Assembly (NCBI GenBank): GCA_010356995.1
Contig: ML996691.1
Coordinates: forward strand, 1 to 64,000
Source: Trichodelitschia bisporula
Taxonomy: Eukaryota
Reading direction: 5' to 3'
Length of the DNA: 64,000 bases
Below, one piece after another: positions 33,845 through 48,059 of this stretch (position 1 is its first letter; every line of letters starts with the position of its first letter). A program made the position numbers and the translations under genes. The notes beneath the pieces are model-generated. The model saw only the letters and a list, made by a program, of their open reading frames with translations. It was not told the DNA's origin and ran no database searches.

Positions 33845-35154
33845 ATGAAGTTCTCCCTCGCTGCGCTCCTCCCCCTCGCCGCCGCCGTCGCGGTCCCCGA
33901 GCCAACCGCTCCAGGCAACGCTTGGGATATGCGTGTCGTCGAGGAGCCCGCGGCGACAGCCGCGCCCGACGCCAGCGCTGCCGGCGGTAACCCCTTCAGT
34001 GGGGCCAAACTCTACGCGAACAAATTCTACGCCTCCGAAGTCGCGAACCTCGCCATTCCCAGCCTGGCCAACAAAGCGCTCGCACCCAAGGCGTCGGCGG
34101 TAGCCAAAGTGCCCTCCTTTTTCTGGATGGATACGATGTCGAAAGTGCCCATGATTGCGGATTTCGTGGCTGATGCGAAGAAGACGGGGGCGAATTTGAT
34201 TCCCCTGGTGGTGTACGACATGCCGGACCGCGATTGCTCCGCGCTGGCGAGTAACGGCGAGTTGAGTATTGCGGGCGGTGGCGCGGCGAAGTACAAGGAG
34301 TATATCGCGGCGATCAAGAAGCAGCTTCAAGCAGCTTCGAGCATGAAATTCGTGCTCGTCGTCGGTGGGTTTTCCCCTCCCTTCTTCATCAACCTCCCTA
34401 CTAACGCAAACCGCAGAGCCCGACTCCCTCGCGAACATGATAACCAACATGAACGTGCAGAAATGCTCCGGCGCCGCGGCCACCTACAAAGAACTCACCG
34501 TGCACGCGCTCAAAGAACTCAACCTCCCCAACGTGTCCATGTACCTCGACGCTGGGCACGGCGGGTGGCTGGGCTGGGACGCGAACATCACGCCCGCCGC
34601 GCAGCTCTACGCGCAGATCTACCAGCAGGCGGGCAAGCCGCAAGCGGTCCGCGGGCTGGCGACAAATGTGGCGAATTATAATGCATGGACGGCGCAGAGC
34701 TGTGCGGCTTATACGACGCCGAATAAGAATTGTGATGAGAAGAGATATGTACATGCTTTGGGGCCGTTGTTGGCGCAGCAGGGCTTCCCGGCTCATTTCA
34801 TCATGGATACCTGTGAGCCACCCGGGTTTTCACTCCTATTGAGTGCCTGCTAACCCCCCCTCCCTAGCCCGCAACGGCGTCCAACCCACCAAGCAACAAG
34901 CCTGGGGTAACTGGTGCAACGTCATCGGGACCGGGTTCGGCGTGCGGCCCTCCGCCAACACGGGCGACGAGCTGCTCGACGCCTTCGTGTGGATCAAGCC
35001 CGGCGGCGAGTGTGACGGCACATCTGATAGCAGCGCGCCGCGGTACGACGCGCATTGCAGCAGTCCCGATGCGCTGCAGCCGGCGCCGCAAGCGGGTACG
35101 TGGTTCCAGGCGTATTTCGAGCAGTTGCTGGCGAACGCCAACCCTCCTTTCTAA
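33845..35154 (+). CDS. cbh2: Secreted GH6 cellobiohydrolase II without CBM1
   Basis: Signal peptide; exons 33845-34364, 34417-34812, 34868-35154. Motifs YDMPDRDCSALASNGE, EPDSLAN, DAGHGGWLGW, NVANYN, WGNWCN, WIKPGGECDG, AGTWF. Confidence 0.95.
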
Positions 35155-35495
35155 ATGACGGGAATACGGGTGGTAGATGGAGACGGAGATTATGGAGCTG
35201 GAACACGTGGGGAGAACAAAATGTGACCATAGTGGAGGGGCGGGATTTTCCGAGGGATAATGCACCATCCTGGTTCGCGAACTTAGCCCGCGTTGTAAAT
35301 TTTCCGTGACTATAGGGGTGCTATATGTGATGCAGGGCAGTGGCGCCGCTTAAAGGGCTCTATTCTCCGACGGGCCGTGTAGAGGACGGTCTAGGCGTAG
35401 CTCGGTGCACGGGGCCAGCCTGTCGCGGGTGCCGTATATACACTTTGTAGCTAGCTGTCAGTAGCTCTCTGAAACCATCACCTACCCGTTCCACG

Positions 35496-36371
35496 ATGCG
35501 TCTCTTCCTCCTCGCGTCCGCGGGTTTCGCCGCAGCCGGCTCCATCCTCTGGGATGGCCGCTTCAACGACTTCGCCTCCTCCACCGATCTCTCCAAATGG
35601 AGCTGGGCCTCCCAAGTGGGTCCCTACCAGTACTACATCCACGGCGCGGGGCCAGTCGACAAATACGTCTCCCTATCCCCCAGCTACAAGAACCCCGCGG
35701 ACTCTGCCTCCAAGCAAGGCGCAAAGATCAGCATCGACCCGACTGCAAAATGGAACAGCGATATGTGGCGCACGGAGCTGATTCCGCAAACGAAGGCCCC
35801 GATTGCGAAGGGGAAGGTGGCGTATCACTTTAGTGTTATGCGGAAGGAGAAGAATGCGCCGAGTACGGTGCACGAACATCAGGTTTGCTTTTTGTACGTA
35901 GGACTGGGCTTCCGATATGATTCTGGACAAGGCTGATAGCCCGCAGTGAGAGCCATTTCACGGAGCTGAAGTACGGGTGGGTCAACGGCGAGCAGGGCAC
36001 ATCAAACGGCAATCTGCAGTGGATGGTTGGCGGGCAGTCGAAGTGGAAGACGGAGTGGAAGGCCGATGTATGGCACAACGTTGCTTATGAGATCGATTTC
36101 GCCGCGAATACGGTTGGGTTCTGGCACTCGACTGGCGGGGATCCGTTGAAGCAAACTGTGGCGCCGATGAAGGCGAGTACGAGCTCGGTAAGTGGAGTTT
36201 TGAGGGGGAATGATACAGCGCTGATGGTGGCAGAATGGTGCGGATTGGCATCTTGGTGTGTTGAGGCTGCCAAGGGCGGGACACGATAGTAGTGCGACGG
36301 AGGATTGGTATTTTAGTGGGGTGTATATTGAGAGTGGGCCGGTTACAACGGCAGTGAAGGGGCCGGCGTAA
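35496..36371 (+). CDS. Secreted GH131 beta-glucanase
   Basis: Signal peptide; exons 35496-35893, 35947-36187, 36234-36371. Motifs ILWDGRFND, QVGPYQYYIHG, RTELIPQ, HEHQVCFFESHFTELK, NGADWHLGVL, FSGVYIESG. Confidence 0.9.
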
Positions 36372-36883
36372 GGGTGAGCTGGTGCTGTTAGCATTGGTAG
36401 AAGGGATCCGGAGCCGGAAGAAGAAGAGTAAGCGGCTCATGATAGAGGTGTCTTGAGAGAAGCAAGATGCGGAGATGCATGATGTATATGATGCCATTGA
36501 ATGCCGTGATCCCGCTTGTTGAGTTACGCCCGCGAAGCCGGCGTAGACTGTCTCCGGTGATTTCGTAATTTTTTAGGTAGACAGGAGGGCATAAATTAAG
36601 AGGTTCCGTCGATCCGGCATGTATACCCGCGAGATGATGATGGATCATGTACGATGCCGTGATATCAAAGCCGCGATCCCCGCTTTGTTGTTGTCGTCCC
36701 CCCCCCCTGCCCCTTGCCGCGAAGTCACCGCGCCAAGCACACCCCACCACCCCGCGGCCCGCATCGCCATCACCAGGCACCTCACCACTGTGCTTGCGAC
36801 AACTCCCCCAATACCACACTCAACCTCTCCTCACTTCCTCAGACTCTTCAAAATCCTCCTCACGCACCTCCCGAACCACAACC

Positions 36884-37266
36884 ATGCTCATCAAGTAACG
36901 CGCCCTCCCCCGCTCTTTCCGTTCCTCACTAATACCCCGCAGAGTCCGCACCCTAACCGGCAAAGAAATCGAACTCGACATCGAGCCCGACTACAAGGTG
37001 TCCAAGATCAAGGAGCGGGTCGAGGAGAAGGAGGGCATTCCGCCCGTGCAGCAACGACTTATCTTTGGTGGGAAGCAGATGTAGGTCACGCCCTTTTCCT
37101 GGGAGGAGGAAGGGATGGCGGGAGAAAGAGATGGGGGGGGATGTAATGGGAGTCAGAGCCGGGCTAACGTATGCATAGGGCCGACGACAAATCCGCGAAC
37201 GATTACGGTCTCGAGGGAGGGAATACACTGCATCTTGTGCTTGCGCTGCGCGGGGGACGGTGCTGA
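36884..37266 (+). CDS. RUB1: NEDD8/Rub1 ubiquitin-like modifier
   Basis: Exons 36884-36894, 36943-37080, 37179-37266: [18 protein letters not shown]...[20 protein letters not shown]...[12 protein letters not shown]. Ala72 is diagnostic of NEDD8. Confidence 0.96.
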
Positions 37267-37676
37267 GACTCCGGGTCAAGAGACTCGGTGTGATGGGCGA
37301 GATCAGAGGACAAAGACGGGCGAGAAATGTGCGAGAAATGGACGATTGGGCGGTGGCGTGATGAGGTTGGTAGGCATGATAGGATGCGGTGTGGTGCATG
37401 CATGGGTGCGAAGCAGATGAATAAACGCTGAGGCAACTCGTTTCTTTCCACTGGTCTGATATCTTGTGAGTTCTCATATACCACCTGGCATACCGAGAAG
37501 CAAGTAAGAAAATCTCCATAGCCCGTTTCCCACATCCAGTTTACAAGAGAACAAATCAAGTTCCATAAGTGTCATTTCCAGCCAACCTCCCAGCTAAACG
37601 CCGCACACTATGCCCAGGTACACCGCATCCATATTCCATATCCCATATCCCATAAAACAAAGAATCAGATCAACCC

Positions 37677-38417
37677 TCACCGCCTCTTATTCGGCAACAG
37701 CACGTTCACCTCCCTCTTCCGCTTCCGCATCCCCCCGGATGCAGGTGCAGGCGGCGGAGCCGAAGGCCCCGGCTCCTCCACACTCTCAATGCCCTTCTGC
37801 CTCTCCACCCCCTTCTCCCTCTCCTTCCCCTCCCCAACCCTCGAAGTCCTAATCCCCCCAGCCCCAGCCGGCTTAACCAACGGTCCCCTCTGCGGGACCA
37901 TCGCCGCCGGCGCCCTCTCCACAACCCCAATCCTACTCACCCCAACCGGCGTCCTCCTAACCTGCCCGCGAAACCGATCCACCAAGCCCCTATCCGCGAC
38001 CCTGCGCCTCGAATTCGGCACTATAACCCGCACCGGCGCAGAGACTAAATTGCGCTCCCTCTCCGCCTTGACATCACGCATGCGCTGCGCAAGCACAGCC
38101 TCGGCTTTAGCCGCTTCCCTCTCAGCCTCCTTCTTCAGTTTCGCGTACATCCGGCCCCAGTTCGTGGGATCGCGGGGTGCGTGGGCCGCCCGGTTGTAGT
38201 GTGGGATGTCGCGTTTGCAGAGTTTGTGCCATAGTTCGGAAGTGTGGGGTTTTAGATGGGGAGAAGAGGTTTCGAGGGCACGGAGTTGGGCTGGGTTTTC
38301 GATTCGGGCGAGGAGGGGGGCGATGAGGGTGAAGGGGGCGTCGCCGATGTCGGTTATGTTGGCGATGTTGTGGGAGAGCCTTTTCAGTGCGAGGGAGGCG
38401 AGGGAGGGGACGGGCAT
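37677..38417 (-). CDS. ELA1: Elongin A (RNA polymerase II elongation factor SIII subunit A)
   Basis: N-terminal BC-box VPSLASLALKRL, ITDIGDAPF.LI.P.L, PAQLRALE..SPHL, LWHKLCKRD, WGRMYAKL. Confidence 0.85.
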   Translation of the reverse strand: MPVPSLASLALKRLSHNIANITDIGDAPFTLIAPLLARIENPAQLRALETSSPHLKPHTSELWHKLCKRDIPHYNRAAHAPRDPTNWGRMYAKLKKEAEREAAKAEAVLAQRMRDVKAERERNLVSAPVRVIVPNSRRRVADRGLVDRFRGQVRRTPVGVSRIGVVERAPAAMVPQRGPLVKPAGAGGIRTSRVGEGKEREKGVERQKGIESVEEPGPSAPPPAPASGGMRKRKREVNVLLPNKRR

Positions 38418-39100
38418 TGTGCCGGTGGGGGGGTTGGGTGGTGAGGTGGGTGAGGCTGGCGTCGAAGCCGAAGACGGTAATTGACGGCGTGACGGCGTGT
38501 GATGGCACTTCGTGTAGTGTGATTGCAGCGTTTAGAGCAGCAGTATATAACGTGTGAGGGTTGTAACCGTGGTGTATGGTGGTCGTAGAGTGGGGGCTGC
38601 GGTAGTCGTAAGCAAGGCGCAGAACCCTGAAATGGTGAAGTGACGACGTACAGTGAGTCCTTGTGCAGCGAAAATGCAGTTCAGAGAGCGTGTGTATCCT
38701 TTCGAAAGCAATGATCAAAGACGTACAGTGAATGCAAAGGCGGAGTGTAGAAACAAAGAGAGGCGACGTCGTCGTCATGAACTGGGGCTGCGCCCGCCGC
38801 CCAGGGCCAAGCCACCGGAGAAAGTCATAGCCGCCCCGGTCCGCAACCTGGCCGTGATAGGGCGGTAACAACTTTTGCGGTTAGCCCTGAAACACAGTGG
38901 CACAGCGGAGCACGTGGAGCGGCCAGGACACAAGGCTGACATTGACGGAGTATCACCATTGTCCTTAAGCGTAAAGCTTCACGAAAATCGTCATTGTTGT
39001 GGAATAACAAACTGGCCGCATTATCCATCTCTCGTTACCCACCTCGCATCGCTACTCAACGCCCAACTCCCGCTACGGTATCATCGCCCACTCTCCCACC

Positions 39101-42100
39101 CTAAACCACGCCCGTCAACCGCCTAACCGTCCTCCTAGCCCCCTCCCCAGCAAGCTGTACCTGGCCTTCAAGTTCAAGCGCCCGCAATACTTCCAGCACC
39201 TCCTGCCCCTCAACACTACCTCCACTCTCCCCCTCTGATAGGCGCCTAACCACATCTGCAACCCTGACCACACCCACAGCCCCTCCACGGAGCATATCAT
39301 CCAACAACCCCAACACCGCCGCCTTCAAATCCCCCTTGCGCCTCCTCTCCAACGCACTCCCCCCCTCAGTCAACAAGCCCATATCAATCAACCCCGTCCT
39401 TGCATCCGTCGCCGCCTGCTTAATCGCACTCTTAATCAACCTCACCGCCTCCTCGACATCGCTCGCCTCGACGATAGGCGAAAGACGCATCTTAGCATGT
39501 GCCTCGGACAGGCGCACCATGCTCTCGAGCTGCCGCGTCGTGGCCGTAATACGACGCTCGGCGGACCGGACGTCTGCGCCGAGCGCACGCATCGCGACGT
39601 ATGCGTCGACGAGGGCGATGGAGGCGGGCTCCGTGAGGCGCGGTTGGATGTGTTGCCGCGCGTAGGAGATGTAGGCGGTTAGGAACTCCACAGGCTAGTA
39701 GGCGGGGTTAGTAAGGTTAGGAAGGGAAAGGGATGGAGAGGACGTACCACAATTTCCAGCGCGGACGCATTCTCCGGTGTGTCCTCGAGGTACATGCTAA
39801 CCATGTGCCGTGCGAGCCGGCGATCACTCGCCTCGTCAATACGATCCAACACAAGATAGACCAGATCGAAACGCGAGAGGAGCGTTGGGGGGAGGTCGAT
39901 GTTGGCTGGGACGGGTAGGTTGGGGTTATACTTGCTGCCGATCGGGTTGGCAGAAGCGAGGATGCTGGTGCGGGCGTTGAGCGTGGTGATGATGCCTGCT
40001 TTTGCGATGGACACGGTTTGCTGCTCCATTACTTCGTGCAAAACACTGCGCGTCGATTCGGACATTTTGTCAAACTCGTCGATGCAGCAAACGCCCCCGT
40101 CGCTGAGTACCAGTGCGCCGGATTCGAGCACCAGCTGGCGCGTCTCCGGGTCGCGAGTAACGTAGGCGGTCAGACCGACGGCGGACGAGCCCTTGCCAGA
40201 CGTGTACACACCGCGGGGCGCGATCTTGTGCACGTACTGCAGCAGCTGCGACTTCGCGGTGGAGGGGTCACCGCAGAGTAGCACGTTGATGTCGCCGCGG
40301 TACTTGGGGGACCCGCCTTTCTCGAAGCTCTTGTTCGTGCCGCCGAAGAGCTGCAGCAGGATGCCCTTCTTCACATCGTCCATCTCGTAGATACTCGGCG
40401 CGAGGGAGCGGGAGAGTAAATCGTAAACGTCTGGCCGCGCGGCCGTAGCTTTGATGCGCGCTTCTTCTTCCTCGCTGATCTTGCGCACCTCGCGTACCTC
40501 CCCCGCGACCTGGTTGGCGAGTTCTTCTTCCATAGTGGACGTGTCGATGCCCATGCGCCGCTTGTCGACTTTCTGGATGTGCACGCCGTCGACGTACGTC
40601 TTGAAGATGTTCTTGACCGTGCGCATCCGCGGATTCACCCTCACCGCATTGCTCTTGAATATCCCCGTGATTTCAACCCGGTCGCCTGCCTTGCACACGT
40701 CCACCAATTCGTCGTACACGCACAGGGACACCGAGTGCGGCGTCTGCCCATCCGGCACGCTATCCGGCGTCTCCTGCAGCTTGATGACCTGCTTGTCCGA
40801 GAACGCAGAGCGGTTGTGCACGATCTGCATCGCATTCGGGCTGTTGCACCCGGGACGCGGACACGCCGTCGGTTCCGCAATCTTGCCGCGATCAAGATCA
40901 ACAACAATGGCGTGATTGCAGACAGCGCACTTGAAGAACGCGTTCTTCATGTCCGGGATAATCGGCGTCGTGCGAATAACTAGCCCCTTGACACTGACCA
41001 ATTTGTCCATGTCGCCGGGATTCAACTCGCGCAGGTTAATCGTGTGATCCAGCCCAAACGGCCGCACCATGTATCGCTTGTCGCTGACCTCAGACACCAC
41101 ATCCGGCACCGCAGCCAGCGCAGGGCCAACCGCCGGTGTGTCCGGTGCATCGGAGCTGGGAACCGGCATCGCGCTCGACTCGCGCTGCTCGCGCGCATTA
41201 TGCATTGCCAAAATCCGCTGGCGCTCCTCATGCATCTTCAGCCCCGCCAGGTCAATCATAACATCCTTAATAACCGTGTCGACAATCGGAATAATCTCCT
41301 CCGGGAACTGCTGCAGCTGGTACCACAGCTTCATCGTCGGCGGATAGGCCTTCAAGTTCCGCATGTCGAGATTAAGCGCTGTAACCCCAAACTCCAGCAT
41401 CATGCGGAGCATATCCATATACTCCTTCTGCATGGCGGGATCATCCTCCGGCAGGACCTCCTCCGCCCTCAACTCCCCCTCCTTAATAAGCCGATACCGC
41501 CGCTGGAAGTTCCGCAGGAAATCGTTAAACGCATACGCCGTATCCGCAAGACTGATATTCGTCCCCCAAACAACCATATTATCCCGCCCGCCCAGCGCAT
41601 CCGCGTCCGACGTTCCGGGGTCCATATTCGAAAACGTCGGCGCCTCGGACCCAGGCACAGGCATCCCATCTGCACCCACCATCATCCTGCGCCTCCGCTC
41701 GGCATTCGAGCCCCAGAAGTCGGAATGGATGTCCCCGCGCGTTGTCCGGGCGCCAGAACGCGGCTCGCTCAGCGCCTCGCGCACGAACAGCGCGCTGGAA
41801 CTCGATCCAGGAACCTCGGGCAGTGGAGCCGGCGTTGGCGGCGCGGAGCTATCATATCTAATCGGCGAAGATTCTACCCTATCAGCCACGCACCACTTTC
41901 ACACCACAGCACTTACCTCCATGCGCACCCGAGCGCCGCGTAGCGCGCGGTGTGGTCTCGTCCTCGTCCATCGGGAGCGGCGAACTCGTCGGCGGGGCGT
42001 CGCGCGGCGTGCCAGCGGGCGAGTCACGGAAGAAGAGCGGACTGGAGGCGGGGACGCCTTGCCGGTTTGCTGGGGCGCGGGAGGCTTCGGCGAGGAGTTG

Positions 42101-42202
42101 GGAGGAGGGGTCGGCGAGGGGGGAGGATTGGGCGGGTTGGTTGTTGGGGCGGCGGCGGCCGGGGGTGGAGGGGGTGCCGCGGGAGCGGTGGGGGGAGGAC
42201 AT
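39101..42202 (-). CDS. MCM4: Replicative helicase subunit Mcm4
   Basis: Exons 42202-41917, 41873-39748, 39694-39101. Zn finger C..C/C...C, KLQETPD.VPDGQTPHSV, GDPSTAKS, CCIDEFDKM, LLSRFDL, ATTRQLES; SP/TP-rich N-terminus. Confidence 0.96.
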
Positions 42203-42312
42203 CGTGTGTTTGTGGTGTGGAATATGGGAGTTGAAGGGTATCGTGATGGGGTGTCGTGATGGTTGTGAGTATCGTGGGGGAGTGGAGGTGGAGGAGAGGG
42301 GGGAAGTGCAAA

Positions 42313-42349
42313 ACGCGCGCGTCGCGCCAACGCGCACCCCGGTCGCGTC
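42313..42349. promoter_or_regulatory. CGCG-box cluster in the MCM4-TBCA divergent promoter
   Basis: ACGCGCGCGTCGCGCCAACGCGCACCCCGGTCGCGTC ~110-150 bp upstream of the MCM4 ATG; no exact ACGCGT. Confidence 0.5.
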
Positions 42350-42486
42350 TTTCAATCAAGCCCGAGTGGGACTAGCGCTTTATCACGACGGGCATGACGG
42401 AACTGCCTCCCCCACCAAGAGCGGTGCAGATATCACTACTTCTGCTTGATCGACTCCACAAACGAATAATTCTCTCGACTGAAAAT

Positions 42487-42938
42487 ATGCCTCCCCCTTC
42501 AAAGCTCGCCATCGCCACCTCCTCGGTCCAGCGCCTCGTCAAGGAAGAGGCTAGCTACCACAAGGAGCTCGTGCAGCAAGAGGCCCGTATCGCCAAGCTC
42601 GAGAAGGGCAGCGATGATGAGAATGCTGAGTACCAGATGAAGCAGGAGGTAGAGATTCTGTCTTTCGTCTTCTATGAATGGTGCTCATCTAGACCCTTCA
42701 GCGGAAAGCGCTCGAAGAGACTCGCGCCGTCATCCCAACCGTCAAGGAGCGCATCCAAGCGGCGCTCACCGCGCTGGAGCAGCAACTGGTATGCCCAAGC
42801 CCATCCCTACATCCATCCTCCATACTCACAACCCAGGAAATCAACAAGGCCGAGGGCGCCCCCGCGGATACGGAACAGGTGGCCAAAGCCAAGGAAGTCG
42901 TAGCAGCAGCCTACACCGCCATCCGCGAAGTATCCTAG
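42487..42938 (+). CDS. RBL2: Tubulin-binding cofactor A
   Basis: Exons 42487-42648, 42702-42788, 42837-42938: KLAIATSSVQRLVKEEASYHKE...ENAEYQMKQERKALEETRAVIP. Confidence 0.9.
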
Positions 42939-42951
42939 ACCCTAGATAAAA

Positions 42952-43897
42952 CTACTCGTCCATCTGTTCCCCCTCCTCCTCCTCCCCCTCCTCCAGCACC
43001 GAACCCTGTGACTCCGCGCCCGTATACTCCCCCATCTCCACATCCGGTGTATCCAGCTTCTCAGGCGCCGGGCTCGCCCTCGCCGACACCACGAGCGGCA
43101 ACGGCCGTCCCGGCGCCAGCATAGGCACATCCGGCAACGGCGTCGCAGCATCCCCATCCCGCGGCGTGCCCACCAGACTCGGGCGCGCGCTCTCATCGTC
43201 ATCGCGCCGCTCCATGCCCTCCTTCCGCTCCGCCTCCTCCTTCTCATCCCGGATAAGCTCCAGCATGCGCCGCCCATCCTCCACAATCCGCCCAAATGCC
43301 TCGCGGCGCTCAGCCCATGTACGTGCGTATTCTTGGCTCTCCTGCTCCAGCTCCGCGATCTCGGTGTTCAGTTTCTCGAGCTGTGCGGCTTGGTCTTCGC
43401 GCGGGCGCAGCATGCGGTTACTCGTGATCCGCTCCGCGAGTTCGTCGTACGTCTTCCTTAGCTGCATAGTCGTGCGCGCACCATCAAGCTGCGTACGCAG
43501 TTCCGTAGTGTTCGCGCGGATAGCATCAGCCGCCCCCGTGATACGCAGCTTCTCCTCGGCATATCGCTTGCGCTCCTGCTCGTTGCTCGTGCGCAGCAGC
43601 TGGATGCGGACCATTGTGCTTTCCAGGGCGGCGAAGTCAAGGAGCATTTCTTCGCGGAATTGTTCGAGGGTGGCGAGGGACTCTTGCCGTGTGGCTTGGG
43701 AAGTCTGGGTCGGTGTCTTTAGTACGGGCGAGTCCGGGGCTAGGAGGCGCTTTGCGACACGTTGGAAGGGACGCTGCTCGATGCCCATGAGGCGGTTGGT
43801 GTGGAGTTTGTCTGGTGGGTTAGTGGTGGTTGGTGCGGTAGTGGAGCGACGAACCTTCATCTTGCTGGTCGAGCAGCCGGTAGTCGTAAGTAGTCAT
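42952..43897 (-). CDS. THOC7: THO complex subunit 7 (Mft1/THOC7 family)
   Basis: Exons 43897-43855 and 43811-42952: LLDQQDEDKLHTNRLMGIEQRPFQRVAKRL, FREEMLLDFAALE, SNEQERKRY, RKTYDELA; coiled coil. Confidence 0.8.
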
Positions 43898-44090
43898 GGT
43901 TGTGGTGTGGGGTTGGTGTGGTTGTGGGAAATGTGGTACAGTCGGGACTCGAGATGAAGGTAGCGGAGGTTGGTGTCGCGTTTGACGGGCTTGGCAAGTC
44001 TGCTTTCAACCTCACCTCCGCGTTCCACACTTTGTCACCAACAACCATCGGCGCGATAAACACTCTCTCGATTACGGTAGACTCTAAGAT

Positions 44091-46044
<1,954 letters not shown>

Positions 46045-46338
46045 GTAGTAATGGTTTCGTAGTGCACAATATCCAAAACTATGGTGTTGAAATCGGGTGT
46101 TCGAATTTAGATGGTTAAATCGCCTTGTTTCCAACGACTTCAAAACCCGGCGTTGCACAGCCCTGCCATGCATCCCGCATGAACATCCCGCACATAGCGT
46201 GCCGCCACACCGACTCCTTGCACTGCAAGTCAAGGAGCCTCAGTCGCGCCCAGTGTACAACGGTACACCCCGCGATTCCCTGTTCTCTGCAAACTCAATT
46301 CCGACAGCAAATACCATTCTCTGCCGCCCTCGATCCTC

Positions 46339-47210
46339 ATGTCCTCCCGCGCCCGCACCCCCAGCACCTCCAGCGACTCCAAGGCGAAGAAGTGGCTGAA
46401 GCGCGGCAAGAGCGCCACAGCGCAGTCGGCGGGGGAGGCGTCGGACACCAACTCCAACGCTGCGACTCCGGGGACACCACTGCTGCCGAATCGCGACGTT
46501 GAGGCGGGACGACTGAAGAATAAGCCGAATAGGTATGTCCACCTGTCTCTCACAATGCCATCACTAACGGGGTAGACCAAACTTGCAACGCGTGAGTGCT
46601 GCGAAAAGCTTCCACACTGCCAGTGCATCGGATCGCGGTGCGAGCCGGACGGCTGCACTGAAGAGGCGGCTGAGCTGATAATGGACAGAACGCAGTTATG
46701 CCGCCGTTTAGCTTCTGGACGTTGGGGTGCATTTATGGCGCGACCAGTGTTGCTCTTGGAGCGTTCGGTGCACATGGACTCAAGCGTCGGATTACCGATC
46801 CGCAGAAGATTGCGAATTGGGGGACTGCGGCGCATTACCAGGTGCGCGAAGCCTCTCACCTTCCCCCTTCTACACCCATCGCCTTTCTGTAGCCTGCTGC
46901 TCGCCTGCCAGCTGCTGATCCGCTCTCCTGCTCGTCCCTTACCCGCCCTTTGCTCCCTCGCTGACCCTCGCGTACTTAGATGCTCCACTCCGGCATGCTC
47001 CTCCTGACCGCAAGCGTAGCACCCAAAAACACAATCGCCGCCTCTCTCTTCGCAGCCGGCATGCTCGGCTTCAGCGGTAGCATCTACCTGCTCGTACTCG
47101 ACCCGCAGCGCTTCAAGTGGCTCGGGCCCGTGACGCCGCTGGGCGGGCTGTGTCTAATTGGGGGATGGGTGGCGCTGGCGTTTGGGAAGCGGATTCCGTT
47201 GAGGATGTAG
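46339..47210 (+). CDS. TMEM256: DUF423/TMEM256 membrane protein (core starts at ATG 46698; possible N-terminal extension from 46339)
   Basis: Core exons 46698-46841 and 46980-47210: GAFGAHGL, W.TAAHYQMLHS, FSGSIYLL, LGPVTPLGG. Upstream exons 46339-46532 and 46576-46591 splice in frame to 46689. Confidence 0.8.
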
Positions 47211-48059
47211 CGCTGTGATGCGCGAATGAGTAGGTTGAGCAATTCTACTTCTTGAGTTAAGAGAGTGTGGCTGTGCGGGTGTGGCGGTGCTGTGATGTGA
47301 GGCGTGATGGGTGGACGACTTCACTTCTAGGCCGATATCAGCATCTGTTGATTGCCCGCTTTGGTCCGCGCTCTGTGGTCAAGTCTTTAGTCCTATCTGC
47401 TCTGTGCACATTGACCGTCTAGACTAAACATAGGCCGTCATCGTATCGCCGGCGGAGCCCATTCTCCGCGCGCAGATTGCCCGTTCGAGCATATTATGGC
47501 CAACGTCGCCAACGGTGCCAATGGCTGGACAATGCACACTATTCTAGGCATCATGTTATCTAGGCAAGATACTCGGTATCTCGGTAGAGGCTCTAGATAT
47601 CCGATAAACAGGTCCCCTCGAGTATCCGCATCGATCCCGCACCCCTACACTCACCTCCATAGATCACGACCCATCCGAACTAAATACCGACAAACAGCTC
47701 ATCCGTATATTTCGCAGCAATCAAGTCTGGGTAATCCCACAGGTACACTCCCATCCACTCCGCCCATGAAACGACCCCCCGAACCCCAGCGTCGCAAACG
47801 CACTCTCGAATAGATTACCTCGCCCAGCCCTGATTACCCGCATAATCCGTCCTACACCCAGCTATCAGGCAATATACCCGCGCCTGCATCCCAAATTGCG
47901 CACTCAAACGGATAGCCAGGTACCATTGGCGTAAAAGCGCAGGCGCCGGGCGCGGCACGCAGGCACGCAGTGCCTTTCATGCCGCCGCCACCCGTCCCCG
48001 TCCTCAACTATCACCATCCTTTGGCGTTGTAGGTGGTATCACTGTCCTTCACCGTCACC

